Below are positions 1 through 14,387 of a stretch of DNA of 64,000 nucleotides, piece after piece. The notes beneath the pieces were generated by a model that saw only the letters and a list, made by a program, of their open reading frames with translations, had not been told where the DNA came from and did not search any database. Position numbers and translations under genes: made by a program. This stretch comes from the human T2T-CHM13v2.0 reference genome, Homo sapiens. Where the stretch lies: assembly GCF_009914755.1 (NCBI RefSeq), contig NC_060939.1; one strand, written 5' to 3'. Every line of letters begins with the position of its first letter. Within the stretch, counting starts at the first letter, position 1.

Positions 1-1412
1 AAGAACAAAGCTAGAGGTAGCATGCTACCTGACTTCAAACTATACTACAAGGCTACAGTAACCAAAACAGCATGGTACTGGCACAAAAACAGACACACAG
101 ACTAATGAAACAGAATAGAAAACCCAGAAATAAACACCACTTACAACTACCAAATCTTCAACAAATCTGACAAAAACAAGCAATGGAGAAATGATTCCCT
201 ATTCAATAAATGCTGTTGGAATAACTGGCTAGCCATAAGAAGAAAATTGAAACTGGACCCCTTCCTTACACTATATACAAAAATTAACTCAAGATAGATT
301 AAAGACTTAAATGTAGAACCCAAAACTATAAAACCCCTGGAAGGCAACCTAGGCAATACCATCTAGGACATAGGCACAGGCAAAGATTTCATGACAAAGA
401 TGCCAAAAGCAATTGCAAGAAAAGCAAAAATTGACAAATGGGATCTAATTAAACTAAAAAGCTTCTGCACAGGAAAAGAAACTATCAACAGAGTAAAGAG
501 ACAACCTACAAAATGAGAGAAAACTTTTGCAAACTATGCATCCAACAAAGGTCTAATATCCAGCATCTATAAGGAACTTGAACAAATGTACAAGAAAAAA
601 ACAAACAACCCCACTAAAAAGTGGGCAAAAACACGAACAGACACTTCTTAGAAGACATACATGTGGCCAACAATCATTATGAAAAAAAATTAAAACATTG
701 CTGATCATTAGAGAAATGCAAATCAAAGCCACAATGAGATACCATCTCACACCAGTCAGAATCGCTATTATTAAAAAGTCAAAAAATAACAGATGCTGGC
801 AAGGTTATGGAGAAAAAAGAACCCTTATACACTGTTGGTGGGAGTATAAATTAGTTCAACCATTGTGGAAGACAGTGTGGCAAATCCTCAAAGATCTGAA
901 GACAGAAATGCCATTACTGGGTATATGCCCAAAGGACTAGGAATCATTCTATTATGAAAACACATGCATGGGTATGTTTGTTGCAGCACTATTCACAATA
1001 GCAAAGCCATGGGATCAACCTAAATGTCCATCAATGATAGATTGGACAAACACTATGGAATACTATGTAGCCATTAAAAAAATAAGATCCTGGCCTTCGA
1101 AGGGACGTGGATGGAGCTGGAGGCCATTATCCTTAGCAAACTAACACAGGAACAGAAAACCAAATACCACATGTTCTGACTTATAAGTGGGAGCTAAACG
1201 ATGAGAACACATGGACACACAGAGGGGAACAACACACACTGCAGCCTATCAGAAGGTGGAGGCTGGGAGGAGGGAGAGGATCAGGAAAACTAACTAATGA
1301 GTACTAGGCTTAATACCTGGGTGATAAAATAATCTACACAACAAACCCCCATGACACAAGTTTACCTAGGTAACAAACCTGCACATGTACCCCTGAAGTT
1401 AAAATAAATTTT
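1..1412 (+). mobile_element. LINE-1 3' portion (ORF2 C-terminus + 3'UTR), older primate subfamily (L1PA13-16-like), runs off the window start
   Basis: ORF2 motifs ([28 protein letters not shown]) with stops and frameshifts; 3'UTR 'ggatcaggaaaactaactaatgagtactaggcttaatacctggg...acctgcacatgtacccctgaa'. Confidence 0.9.
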
Positions 1413-1543
1413 TGTAATAAGAAAAAATGTGATGCACAGAGTCAGCTCTCGTAAGACAGGATGAGCTAGTTGCAGCATGCAACACTGACAAAAAAAATCA
1501 TGGAAATCCAATTTTGAGATAAAGGGCATCACATTGGTGACAG

Positions 1544-1545
<2 letters not shown>

Positions 1546-1583
<38 letters not shown>

Positions 1584-1602
1584 ACACACACACACACACA
1601 CA
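1546..1602. repeat. Compound microsatellite (TC)n(CA)n
   Basis: Directly visible. Confidence 0.98.
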
Positions 1603-1639
1603 CTCCCAACCCATGTCACTGCATCAAATAATAGAGGGA

Positions 1640-1831
1640 AATATGGATTTGGAGTCAGAAAACTTAAGAATGTGTCCCAAGTCAATCACTTATTCGTTTT
1701 AAGATCTTGTGCCATTCCTTGCACCATATAGGCCTCAGTTTTTTCATCTGTAAAATAAGTCTAATACTGGTGATCCCAACTATCTTCCAGAATTGTCGTG
1801 AGAATCAAATGCAATCATATGTGCATGTGCT
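1640..1831 (+). mobile_element. MIR SINE
   Basis: 'ttggagtcaga' and core 'gcctcagttttttcatctgtaaaata...gtgagaatcaaatg'. Confidence 0.75.
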
Positions 1832-3929
1832 GCACATATTTAAGGATAAATTTCTTATACTTTCCCTATCCATCAGGCAAACATTGCTCAAAGTTGGACT
1901 CTGTAGCATTGTCAGGTGAATATTCAATTGTATGAATTCTGAATAGAAAACTATAAAAGATGAACCATCATCTAGCAAAAGAATGTTGTGCCTAGTGCCT
2001 CCTGCAATTACAGCTTCTAGCACACTTTATTTTTCCTGATTTCTCTAATAATAGGTAGTTCTTCTATAATTAACTTCCTACCGTTTTTGAATGAGTGGAA
2101 AAACTATTTGCTGAAGGCAAAGTCTTGATAACATTCACACAAATATGTGTGCTTCTTTGACATATGCTCTTCTTAAAATCAGCTGCTATCTTTGTATACA
2201 TCCCATACACCAAACCCTTGCAGGAATATTCTAAAGAGTCACCTAATCACTCTCTGTCGATTACCTTGTAGAACGTGTATTATTAATGGCAGCAATTGCT
2301 TTCTGACCTCCTTGCCATGATCCATTTTCATCCATTAAGGCATTACATTATCCACTTAGCAAACCATGCATCATAAATGAAATATTGATTTAAAAAATTA
2401 TAAACTGCTTTACATTTAAGAAACAGTTCTATAAAATGAAACTTCAAAACTAAAATAAAAATGCATACAATTTAAAAGGCACAGTGCAGTTCAAAGACTT
2501 ATGTAGTGATCAAATAAATATGGTCATGTTTAGTTTCCTTTTATGAGAACTTTATTTTCAAGATTTTAAAATTGTGTGTTCCTTGGAATTATCCCCATTT
2601 TATTGCATACATTTAGATAAACTTAGATCTTTTACTAAAACAAAAGTATGTTTTAAAAACCACAAACCCTCTTTCTCAATGGGAAATTTAGGTCTCAGTT
2701 TCAGAAATGGAAATGAAGACCATTCAGGAGGGGGGATGCTAGGGTAATTTACTACTATCAAATATGATGTAGGGTCTTTCAATAATATTCATTTTCTTTA
2801 CAGCATAATAAGGGAAATTTGATGTTCTGTGACAAATGATACTTCACAAGATTCATAGATCCAAAAGTAGTGTGTTTTTACTAAACTTACCAAACTAAGT
2901 TACTCTTTTTCAATACCATTCATCAATTAAACACGCATTTGGTTAAACTTGGCTAGTATATTTTCACTTTTCTGATGGTAGTCAGTTACTCTTGTAAACT
3001 AGTCACACAAGTGAAAAGTGAGGTATTAGACACAGAAGTATAAACTTGTCTCTCTAAATGGAATAATGTGAGAAAAGTAGTTAAATCCATCGTGATAAAT
3101 AATATCTTTTGGACAAGACTTCACCTCTATCATCTGGGAAGGATTATGGTTTAAGCAAAGGAGAGCTAGCTCCGTCTTTAAAATCGTAAAATCCAGTGCT
3201 GAAACGCTGAATTTCTGAAATGCAGGGATGCTAATTAAAAGGGTAGGGTGGTGAACTCTGCTATTTTCTTGCCTCACTTTTAAAGCACAGAGATCCTCAA
3301 CTACCTGAAAGAAATATGATTATCTCAAGGTGAAACATTCTTATGGGAAAACAGATCTATCTATATCTACATCTATGTCTTAACCTATATTATATTCCAC
3401 CATTCACAAAAGAAGTACATCTGATACCATCTGAGCTCATTCATATGCTGAGACAGCCAATGAATGAATCATGAGGATGGATGTCCATGCCCTTATTACT
3501 GAAGTCTCAGTAAATGTGAAGTAAATGAATATGTTGACTCATATGCTACAGACCAGTGAGGACCTCTGTGTTCTGGTACATCACTGACATTTGTTTTCTA
3601 AGCATCTCACTTCCCATATAAGAGAGAAACTCAAGGTTTGAATATCAGTATGGCATGGGCAAGGCCCTAGGTCAGCTTTGCAAGGAACACCAATCAGGAA
3701 AAAAAGATTATATTAGCTACGTTTTAAGGTGTTCTCTGACTTAAAAATTCTGACAGTTCTCACCTCTTCTTGGTCAAGTATATCCCATCATAAAACGTTT
3801 CTGTGGCTAAGAGACAATGAAGATGACATGAAGTTAATAGTAGAGTAAAGGTAAAATGATGGAAAGAAAGAGGAGAGAGAGACAGCAAAAAAGAGAAGGA
3901 GATAAACATAGAAAAGAGAGGGAAAAAAA

Positions 3930-5080
3930 TGAATACCACTACGCACCTATTAGAATGGCCAAAATCTAGAGCACTGACAACACCAAATGTTAATGAGGAT
4001 GTGAAGCAACAGAAATGCTATTTATTGCTAGTGGGAATGTGAAATGGTACCCCCACTTTGGAAGACAGCTTGACAGTCTTACAAATCTAAACATACTCTT
4101 ACCATATGACCAAGCAATAACTGAGCTCTTTGGCATTCACCCAAAGGAGTTGAAAACTTATGTCCATTCAAACACCTGCGCATGAGTGTTTATGACAGCT
4201 TTATTCAAGACTGTCAAAACTTGGAAGCAACAAAGATGTTCAGCCTTCCATAGGTGAATGGATACATAAACTGTGGTATATCCAGGCAATGGAATATTAT
4301 TAAGCACTAAAAAGAAATGAGCAATCAAACCATGAAAAGACATGGAGGAAACTTAAATGCATGTTATTAAGTAAGAAGAGACAATCCGAAAAGACAACAT
4401 ACTGTATGATTCCACTCATGTGACATTCTAGAAAAGACAAAACCGCGGAAAAGGCAAAAGAGTGGTTGCCAGAGGTTAATTGGTGGGGGATAAATAGGAG
4501 AAGCAGAAGGGATTTTTTAGGGTAGTGAAAATACGCTGCATAATATTATAATGGTGAATATATGTCATTATACATTTATCCCAACACATAGAAAGCACAG
4601 CACCAAGAGTTGAACCCTAATGTAAATTACGGACTTTGGGTAGTTAGGATGTCAATGTAGGTTCATCAGTTGCAACAAATGAACCACTTTGGTGGAGGGT
4701 TGCTTTTCTTTTATTTTTATATATAATTTTTGTGGGTACATAATAGGTTTATATATTTATGGGGTATATGGGATATTTTTATACAGGTATACAATGTGTA
4801 GTAATCGCATCAGGGTAAATGGGTTATCCTTACCTCAAGAACTTATCCTTTGTGCTACAAACAATCTAATTATACTCTTTTAGTTATTTTTAAATGTACA
4901 GTTAAATTATTATTGACTATAGTCATCGTGTCATGCTATCAAATACTCGATCTTATTCATGGGGGAGGCTGTGTGTATGTGGGAGCAGGGATTTATGGGA
5001 ACCCTCTGTACTACCTTCTTCTCAACTTTGCTGTGAACTTTAAACTGCTCTAAAAAATAAAATCTTTAAAAAATAAATAA
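3930..5080 (+). mobile_element. L1MC1-like 3' end, interrupted by an antisense L1MA fragment
   Basis: 'ccctaatgtaaattacggactttggg...gttcatcagttgcaacaaat' resumes after the insert as 'atgggggaggctgtgtg...tttgctgtgaactttaaactgctctaaaaaataaa'. Confidence 0.8.
4704..4958 (-). mobile_element. L1MA-type 3' end fragment nested in L1MC
   Basis: T-rich tail then 'ttttgtgggtacataatagg...ggggtatatgggatatttt...cagggtaaatggg'. Confidence 0.8.
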
Positions 5081-5488
5081 ATGTTCTAAACAAAGAAAGG
5101 AGAAGTGGTATAGAGGAAATTTTAAAAAGAAAAGGAAGAAGGAAGCACAGGAGGAAACAAGAAGAAGAGAGAGATGGCTTGAGGGGATGAGCACAGAAAG
5201 CTGAAGGAAAGGATATGAGTAGCCATCCTCATGCTTGGAATGGATAGAGGTGTGGAGAAATACTTGTGGATTAGAAATTCAGTGGATGGAGAGCAGGCTT
5301 CAGCTAATCCATGTGGAAGGGGTTGTAAAATAGAGCCTCCAGTATGTACCCTGCCACCCTTGCCCCACAGAATCCTCACTCTGCAAGAGGACCAAGGGCT
5401 GGGTTCAGGATTGAAATTGTCCTGATGGCAGAGAAGAATGCAGCCATAATCACTGCAATACAGCATCTCTGAATTTGAGTAGCCCCTT

Positions 5489-5863
5489 TGTGATGGACTG
5501 AATGTTTGTGTCTCCCTCAAATTCATATGTTGAAATCCTAATCCCCAATGTGATGGTATTAGGAGATGGGATCCTTGTGAGATCATTAGTTCATGAATGT
5601 GGAGCCCTCATAAATGGGATTAGTGCCCTTATAAAATAGACCCCAGAGAGCTCTCTCACTCCTCCCACATGAGGATACAACCAGGAGGCAGCCATCTGCA
5701 ACCCAGAAGCTGACTCTCACCAGAACTCAATCATACCAACACCTTGATCTTGGATTTCCACCCTCCAGAACTGTGAAAAATAAATTTCTGTTGTTCATAG
5801 GCCATCCTATAGGCCTACCTATAAGTCTGTGGTACTTTTTTATGGCAGCCTGAATTGAGTCAA
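5489..5863 (+). mobile_element. MLT1A-type MaLR solo LTR
   Basis: 'tgtgatggactgaatgtttgtgtc...attcatatgttgaaatccta...ccagaactgtgaaaaataaatttctgttgt'; 5-bp TSD CCCTT at 5484-5488 and 5864-5868. Confidence 0.88.
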
Positions 5864-6439
5864 CCCTTCTAGCCCATGGCCTGACCTTGCTCTATCTAAC
5901 CAGGAATGGACTCCAGGCATTACTGGCCTTGGTGTGCACATGGCCCATGCTCCAAATAGCCAAGTAATGCTTCAGCCTCATTGAAAAGTGCAAGAGGAAA
6001 CAATCAGAAGCAGGTTATAATCTTACAAGAAGCCAGGGGAATCTTTGACCATTAAATCAACTTGTGAAGTCAAGACTTCAGCCTTCTACCACAGCATATT
6101 GGCCACAGCCTGCTCCCTAGGAGCTGTCTTCACCTTACAGGTTTCCAGATCTTTGATGAGCTCCAATTCAAATGCAGAAGTCTGGGTCTTAAATTGCCAA
6201 TTATCACTCTTTCTTCTCATCCAGTTTCTCTTTGTCTCCAAAATGATGCTAAGTTCCCCTCTCATCCTATGTCTTCCAACTCTGAAGAATTTCCTAACTG
6301 ATCAATCCCCATAATCGACTCCAAATCCAACCCATGTACACAGATTTGTTGTGTATGTGGGCCTTCAAATGAAAGGGTCTGAGGGTAGGGATAGGCACAC
6401 ACAATGTCCACAGCCACACTGAGTGTTATCTAGAGAATA

Positions 6440-7355
6440 TATGCTGGATATCTTCTATTTTCCCCTCCAGATCCCATTCTCCATCATCTCCACCCTGCTC
6501 TGTGACCCAGTCGGCTGCTCTGCTTGAACGACATCAACAAGCTTCCTGCATCCTCATGTCTAGCTGAACTCAACCAGTGGGAAGTACCAGCAGGAGATCA
6601 AAAGAAAGGAGCAAAGTACAGTCAAGATGTTTATTTATTTCTCTGTTCTTTTCTGCCAAAGGTACACAAAATCAGACACTAGTTAAAGGCATTCAGGACA
6701 GATTTTATATGGTAATAACTATCGCAATGGAGTAGAGAGTCCAGTGTGAACTGAACTTCACCAAAACAAAAAGCTGGAGTCTTTTTAAAGGCTGGGGTAT
6801 GCTAGGGGAAAGGCACTGACAGGAAGAAGAACAGGGCTTGGTCCACGGGCTTAGGCCATCTGAGTCTGTTAACTGGTGTTTATCAAAGTTGGGTTCCTGA
6901 TCCCTGCAGAGACTAGGAGACAAGGGCCCTATCTTCAGGTGCTGGCTGGAACAAATAGTAAATTCTTTTGGCAGGCTTTCCCAGGCAGGAACCTAAGGGG
7001 ACTGGAGTCATAATCCTAGGGATGTGACCTTGAGCTGTTAGACTATGCTAGGGTTTACATCTCTTCGTGCAGAGGATTGGATGGAGTCCTTAAGGGTCAA
7101 GACAGTTCTCTTTTCAGTTCTCATTTCCCTAACAGGTCCACTGTGGGATGGCTGCTTCTCTTGACCCATGGTTTCAGCTCCTGACAGGTAGCCACTCCAT
7201 GCAGCCCTTCTCTCATTGGGTTCTGGTGACCATCCTCTCCTCTTGCCTCTTTGGGTATAACAGTGGATAGTGATACTCTTGATACTAATACTATTCCTCA
7301 TGGTTTTCCTATACTGTGACCACACTTTTGTAAAGAGTGATTTAATAAATATGCA
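6440..7355 (+). mobile_element. LTR33-type ERVL LTR split by a MER67-like LTR
   Basis: 'cccctccagatcccattctccatcatctccaccctgctctgtg...caggagatc' resumes after 7116 through 'cacacttttgtaaagagt'. Confidence 0.72.
6654..7116 (-). mobile_element. MER67-like ERV1 solo LTR
   Basis: TG...CA ends on the minus strand; 'aaggtcacatccctagga', 'ttgttccagccagcacctgaagatagggccc'. Confidence 0.65.
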
Positions 7356-7360
7356 GTAAC

Positions 7361-8303
7361 TGTGGTTCTCAATGTTCTCCCATATCTCTTGAAGCATTTT
7401 GGCATGCTTTGGTTGACTTACAACTGCTGCACCTGCATCCTGTGCCTGCAAACATTTTCTGGAACCTTGGAAGTCTCCTTTGCCCACAACTCTAGGAGGC
7501 CAGCTGTGCTGGGAAACTAACATCCTCCACCCATGAGCAGATCTCCAACAATGGCTCTCAGGAGTTGGTGAATGAATACCCAGCTCCCTCATCCTTGGGT
7601 GGTATCATGCTAAGGCATGTGTTTTCAACAACTATGCACAGAGTTTTCCTAGGTAATAAACTCTAGTCACCCATTCTCAGTTATCTATTCTTGCCTAACA
7701 AACCAACCTAAACTTAGACTGACTTAATACAATAAACATTTTATTTGCTTATAGTTCTGTGGATCCGCAATTTTGGTTGGGTACAGCTGGGTGCTTCTTC
7801 TACTGATCTCATCTGGGATTAGTCATTTGGCTACATCACTTGGGGGATCAAGTGGCAGCAGGTTTCTCTAGAGGACCTCAGGTTCCACATGGTGTCATCC
7901 TCTGGGAGGCTAGTGTGGGCTTCTTCCCAGGGTCATCTCAGAACATTTCTAAGAGGACTAGTAAATAAACAGCAAGACCTCTTGAGGACTAGCCCCGATA
8001 TCACTTCCACTATGTTCTGTTGATCAAAGCAAATCACAAAGCCAGACAAGATTCAAGGGTTAGGGAAATAGTCTTGCTCTTCAGAATTCACAATCATTTT
8101 CAATCTACCATACACACTAGGACAGCTGCCTTTCCTCTCCCATTAGAGGATAGCAGTAGGATAGTTGCCTTTCCTCCCCAATACAGAGGAAAGCTGTACT
8201 TTCCTCTGTCACACCCCCATTCCCCTACTAGCAACCTCTTCACCTTCCAAATAAGAAGTTGCACTAAAATTCTTGTCTCAACGTCTGGGTGAACCTAAAC
8301 TCT
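7361..8303 (+). mobile_element. LTR16A-type ERVL LTR split by an MLT1 LTR
   Basis: 'caactgctgcacctgcatcc...ggagttggtgaatgaatacccagctccctc' and terminal 'ccaaataagaagttgcactaaaattcttgtctca...gaacctaaact'. Confidence 0.7.
7674..8112 (-). mobile_element. MLT1G/H-type MaLR LTR
   Basis: 'cagttatctattcttgcctaacaaacc...tcacttccactatgttctgttgatcaaagcaaatcacaaagccag...caatctacca'. Confidence 0.7.
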
Positions 8304-8457
8304 CTTAAAATTATTTTAATTTCAGTGATTCATTTGTTTATTGCTGATATAGAATGGTATTAGATATTATCATACAATTTAGTGCAAGGCTTGAAAAGGG
8401 CACAGGGTTTTAGGAATCCCCATATAATGTTGCCAGTAAGAGGTGAGGGTGTCTCAC

Positions 8458-9090
<633 letters not shown>

Positions 9091-9329
9091 GAAGGCTGGG
9101 TGATTTCAGTGTGGCTGATGTTTTCCTGTTGAAGGAGCTCTTAAGGAATTTGGTCCCATGAGTATATTTAAAAATGGAGTGAATCGACAGTCAAGACCCA
9201 AGCGTTCCTTTGAACCTCTTTAGGAGCCACAGCTTAACTGCAAGAGCTATGCATTTCACAATACATGTGGTGGTTTCTAGCAACAATCAATCAAAAATTG
9301 AAATTAGGCTGTCTAAGAAACATCTAGAT

Positions 9330-9747
9330 GCAACCTAAATGCCCATCAATTATAGACTGGGTAAAGAAAATGTGGTACATATGTACCATGGAATGTTATG
9401 AAGCCATAAAAAAGAATCAGATCATGTCCTTTGTGGGGACATGGATGGAACTAGAGGCCATTATCCTTAGCAAACTAACACAGGAACGGAAAACCAAATA
9501 CATGTTCTCACTTATAAGTGAGAGCTAAATGATGAAAATACATGGACACATGAAGGGGAACAGCACACACTGGGGCATTTCAGAGGGTGGAGGGTAGGGG
9601 GAGGGAGAGGATCAGGAAAAATAACTAATGGGTACTAGGCTCAATACCTGGGTGATGAAATAAGCTATACAACAAATCCCCATGACACAAGTTTACCCAT
9701 GTAACAAACCTGCACATGTACCCCTGAACTTAAAATAAGTTAAAAAA
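9330..9747 (+). mobile_element. 5'-truncated L1 3' end (L1PA13-16-like)
   Basis: L1 ORF2 tail and 3'UTR; TSD remnant CATCTAGAT at 9321-9329 and 10076-10084. Confidence 0.88.
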
Positions 9748-10056
<309 letters not shown>

Positions 10057-10449
10057 GTTAAAAGAAAAGAAAAGCCATCTAGATTAAATGTATTTTAGTT
10101 TGAACTTTTTTTTTGGCTTGGATTTATTCCTCAAAATCCCCATGGCCAGGAAATTAATTATATCTCGCGAGTATCCCACTGCATCTGCAGTTGGCTCTAA
10201 GAATTGAATTGATTTTTATTTTTACTTTAGCCATCTCCCTGCTCTTTGGGGGTGTACAAAATAAATGTAGAACTTTTTTGTTTTGAGAGTACCTCAATAT
10301 TTGACAACAATGGTCATGAACACTCTTCTTATTACCCATTCCTTCTTTCTCACCTCAGGCTTCTGGTTGCCGCTGAATTTTCATTATGCCCTTTACTTAC
10401 AAATTATGTTATTTACCCAAGGTATTAATTTACATAAGAAAAAATATAT

Positions 10450-10940
10450 TTTTATAAAATTTTAAACAATAGAGCCATATCTAGAATAAAATGCTAAAGT
10501 CCCCTTTTATCACCTTATAGCACCCACTTCCCATGTTTCTCTTCAGAAGTAAACTTTTTTACAGTTGGATATATATTCTCTCAGATTCAGTTTTATACAT
10601 TCACATTCTGTATGTGCATATACAAAAACAAACGGTAATTTGTTCTTGTTTTATACAAATGGAATTATAGTTCAGATTTGATATGTCTCCATTCATTTAT
10701 ATATTTCTATTGAGCACTAGTTTTAGAGATGTTGCTATAGCAGAACATACAGAGATATCTCATTTTATTTAATGGTTGCAAAAGTGTTTTGTAGTATGAC
10801 TGCATTGTAATTTGACATTCCCCTATGGATAGTCATTAAGTGATTTTCAGTTTTTTACTACTGAAAACAATGCTAAAGTAAGCATTTTGTGTATATATCT
10901 TTGTGGATATATCCTAATATTTCTCATAGGATAGAACTTT
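10450..10940 (-). mobile_element. Highly diverged L1ME-like 3' fragment
   Basis: 'ctcattttatttaatggttgca...tagtcattaagtgattttcagttttttactactgaaaacaatgct'. Confidence 0.5.
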
Positions 10941-11689
10941 ACCAGAATTAAACAATAGAATTGTTTAATTCTATTAAACAATTAGAAACTATTAAACAAA
11001 TGCTATTAATTATTTAATAGAAAGATATAGACACCGAATTTTTTCATAGAATCTATCATAGTCTCCTTTTATTTTTCTATAGTCTTCAGGCTGTGCTAAT
11101 TTGAAAATCCATCCGTAGCACATACATTTGTCCATTTTCACATGACAGCATACCTTAGCCTAAGATGACTGATACAGATAATGGTACTCAGAGTAGGATG
11201 CTTGGAATACAGCAGTACATGAGATATATGGCACTGGCTTTAGGGCCAGATAATGGAGAATGACATGTTGCAGCTGAAAAGATGGTAATTCACATTATGC
11301 AGTGGTGAAACCAACAAAACTTTTCTCTGGCAACTTGGAAAACAGATAATATAACAAATGAACTGATGACTTTAACTAAAGTAATAGGGAAGGAGAATGT
11401 TATTAGCAAGTATTGGTTGTTATTGGCCATATTTGACAAAGTGTTGGAATAAAGAGATGAACTTCTTAAGAATTACCCATTTACAGAGATTAAAGGAACT
11501 AGAGCCTAGAAATTTCAGGATGGCAAATTGAAAGATGCCACTGTTACTCCTCGGCAATCCTTTGAAAAAGAAAGGACAATTAATATTTAGCCTTGTCCAG
11601 TAACAATGAACACTTAGAGCTCTGAGGCAAGCCACTGAAGGGACCCAACATCCTTTACACAGTACTCCTTTAAAAATGCATACACTGAA

Positions 11690-12041
11690 CGTAAGCATGG
11701 CTAAACAATCAGACAACCCCAAATGAATAAATGTTCAATCAAACGACTGACCCATACTCCTCAAAAATATCAGTGTCATGAAAGACAAAGAAGGACACTA
11801 AAAATACATGACAACTAAATGCAATCTGGGGTCCTGAGTTAGAAAATAAATAGCACTATTGGGTTAATTGAATACATCTTAATATGGCCTATATGTTAGA
11901 TAAGAATGTTATATCAATGTTAAATTATTTGAATTTGATTATGATAATGTGGTTATATAAAAGCATGTCCTCATCACATGCTGAAATATTTAGGATTTAA
12001 TATAATCACGATAACTTACTGTTGAATGGTTCAGCAACAAT

Positions 12042-12098
<57 letters not shown>

Positions 12099-12262
12099 TA
12101 AAGAAAGCCAGAAAGAAAGAGAAAAATCTAAAAGGAGGGAGAGAATGTAAATGTGGAAAAATATTATTAATTGGTGAAAAGGAAAAGAATATATGGGAAT
12201 TACACCATTCTTACTACTTTTGTGTATATTTGAAATTTTTCAAAAGAGAAGTTAAAAAAATA
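11690..12262 (+). mobile_element. L1MC4/5-like 3' fragment nested in MLT-int
   Basis: 'atactcctcaaaaatatcagtgtcatgaaagacaaag...catgacaactaaatgcaa...tatatcaatgttaaatt'. Confidence 0.65.
12044..12097. repeat. (GT)n microsatellite, ~27 units
   Basis: Directly visible. Confidence 0.98.
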
Positions 12263-13596
12263 AGCCTTGGAACAAGATCACAATATCTTAGCCCTGATAC
12301 CTTTGAAGTTAAAACCTTTGACTAAGGTAGCACTCAATAAATCATTTAGGTTAGACATAGTAGCTTAACTAAATGAGAATAAAGGTGTGATTCTTCCACA
12401 AAATTCGAATGGGTTTAAGATATTTATGTCTCAAAAATAATTAGGGTGCAGCTACTGGCGTATGGAGCCAACAGAAATCAAATAGATAAAAACCAGCTAA
12501 GTTTTTAGTGAATGCTATTGTCATGGGACCACTAGCCTTGACTAAAAGACTCTGATTAATCAAAACTTAAAAGAATCGTTGCTCCCAACCCTCCATGTGC
12601 AAAAAGCAGGCAGAGAAAGATGCTCAGCTTCCATAGAGGGCATATTCGCCAGTGTTTTTTCTCAGACGAGGTCAAGAAAAATAATGGAAAAGCCAGAACC
12701 TCCCAGAGGACAGTGCTAAGAAGTTGGAAGACAATGGACTTGGAGCAGAACCTGAGCCCAAAGGAAAAATACTCACCCCTAGAATAAGGGTCCTTAGAAT
12801 ATTTGCACAATATGATTTCAGAATTACGATGGAAGACAAATTGCTGTGAGCCTCATTCTTTCTGAATGTGGGGGTTTATGGGGGTTATTAAGTTCTTGTC
12901 CCACTATTGTCTGCTGAATTTTAGAAGCATGATGTGTCCTTTTACTTCCCAGAACTCTTGATCCAGAGAAAGCACAAGAGAAAAAAAAATACATGAGATC
13001 CTAAACTTTGAGCCTAATACAGTGATTGCATGGGAGTTTGGAGTTGTTTCTCTTGGGAGAAAGGTGATGTGTGGATTTTGTATGAGAAAGAGAAGGCAGA
13101 TAAGTCTGTTACACTGTATTATATTGAAAATCTTTGCAGAGACACCCTGTAAGAAAATTATATATCCAGCCCTATTAAGGTCAGGCTTAGCCATCTGACC
13201 TTTTGTCACATCCTTTGGTATGTGAAATATAAGCATAAGTGATATGTACTATTTCTGAATGGAAGTTTTAACACCCATTATCCCCTTTTGCCAAGCTCTC
13301 CTTTTCCTCTTCTATGAGACCACAATGTCCGAGGTAGAAGCTGCTACATCAGTCTTAATTAAAGTGAATAAAGGAGACATGGAAAAATTCCCAATCAAAT
13401 CATGACAGATATGCAATTTGAGAAAGAAATAAACTCTGGAGATTTTGAAAAAGAGATTGTTGGGTTTGCTTATTATCATATAATAACTTAGGACAGGTTG
13501 ATTAATATAGGAATTAATAAAATTTTGCTATAAACTGTTTACAAATAGCACACCCAGAAGATAAAGACACAGGAAAGGTGAGAGTAAAAGGATAGG

Positions 13597-13892
13597 GGCC
13601 AGGTGCGGCTGCTCATGCCTGTTATCCCAGCACTTTGGGAGGCCAAGGCGGGCAAATCACTTGAGGTCAGGAGTTCGAGACTAGCCTGGCCAACATGGTG
13701 AAACCCCATCTCTACTAAAAATACAAAAATTATCTGGGTGTGGTGGCGCACGCCTGTAATTCCAGCTACCCCAGAGGCCAAGGCAGGAGAATCACTTGAA
13801 CCCTGAACCCAGGAGGTGGAGGTTGCATTGAGTCAAGATTGCACCACTGCACTCCAGCCTGGGTGACAGAGCGAGACTCCATCTCAAAAAAA
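13597..13892 (+). mobile_element. AluS (Sx/Sz-like) SINE
   Basis: Dimeric Alu with a small internal duplication 'tgaaccctgaaccc'. Confidence 0.92.
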
Positions 13893-14387
13893 AGAAACTA
13901 AGTAAAAGAATAAAAAATGGTATATCAGAAAATAATAAACCAAAATAAAATTGTGGTAACTGCATGTTAATAGAGATGTTAATCACACTAAACAGACTTT
14001 AAGACAAAAAGTGTTATTGGGAGTAGAGTGATTTCCCACATAGTCATAAAAGTTTTAATTTCAAAAAGGTGTAACAGTTCTTAATATGTGTGCACTTCAT
14101 AATGTAGCCTCAAAAATAGAAATCAAAGATTGATAAAACTACTGGGAGAATTTGACAAACCTTTCATCTTAGTGAGATATTTAAGCACACTTTTCTCAAT
14201 TACTGATAGAATTAGTAGAAAAATTAAGTTATAGAAGATACAGAAGAAATAAAATATACATTTTTGTCAAGCAATGAGGACATTTACACAAATTGATCAC
14301 ATGTTTGGCTATAAAGCATGTTTCAACAAAATACAAAGAACTGGTATCATACAGATCATGCGCTCTGATACAATGCATTTTAGAAGT

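Larger units (their letters stand above)
11125..13509 (+). mobile_element. MLT1I/J-type MaLR remnant: 5' LTR end + internal sequence + 3' LTR (~13115-13509)
   Basis: LTR end 'gactgataca' (~11176) then MLT-int-like 'gataatggtact...caacttggaaaacagataat'; purine tract before a second LTR ending 'gattaatata'. Confidence 0.6.

Noticed and set aside
7038-7592. 184-aa minus-strand ORF (also 5122-5586 and 8410-8886)
   Set aside because: They span LTR or Alu sequence and junctions, with no recognisable domain
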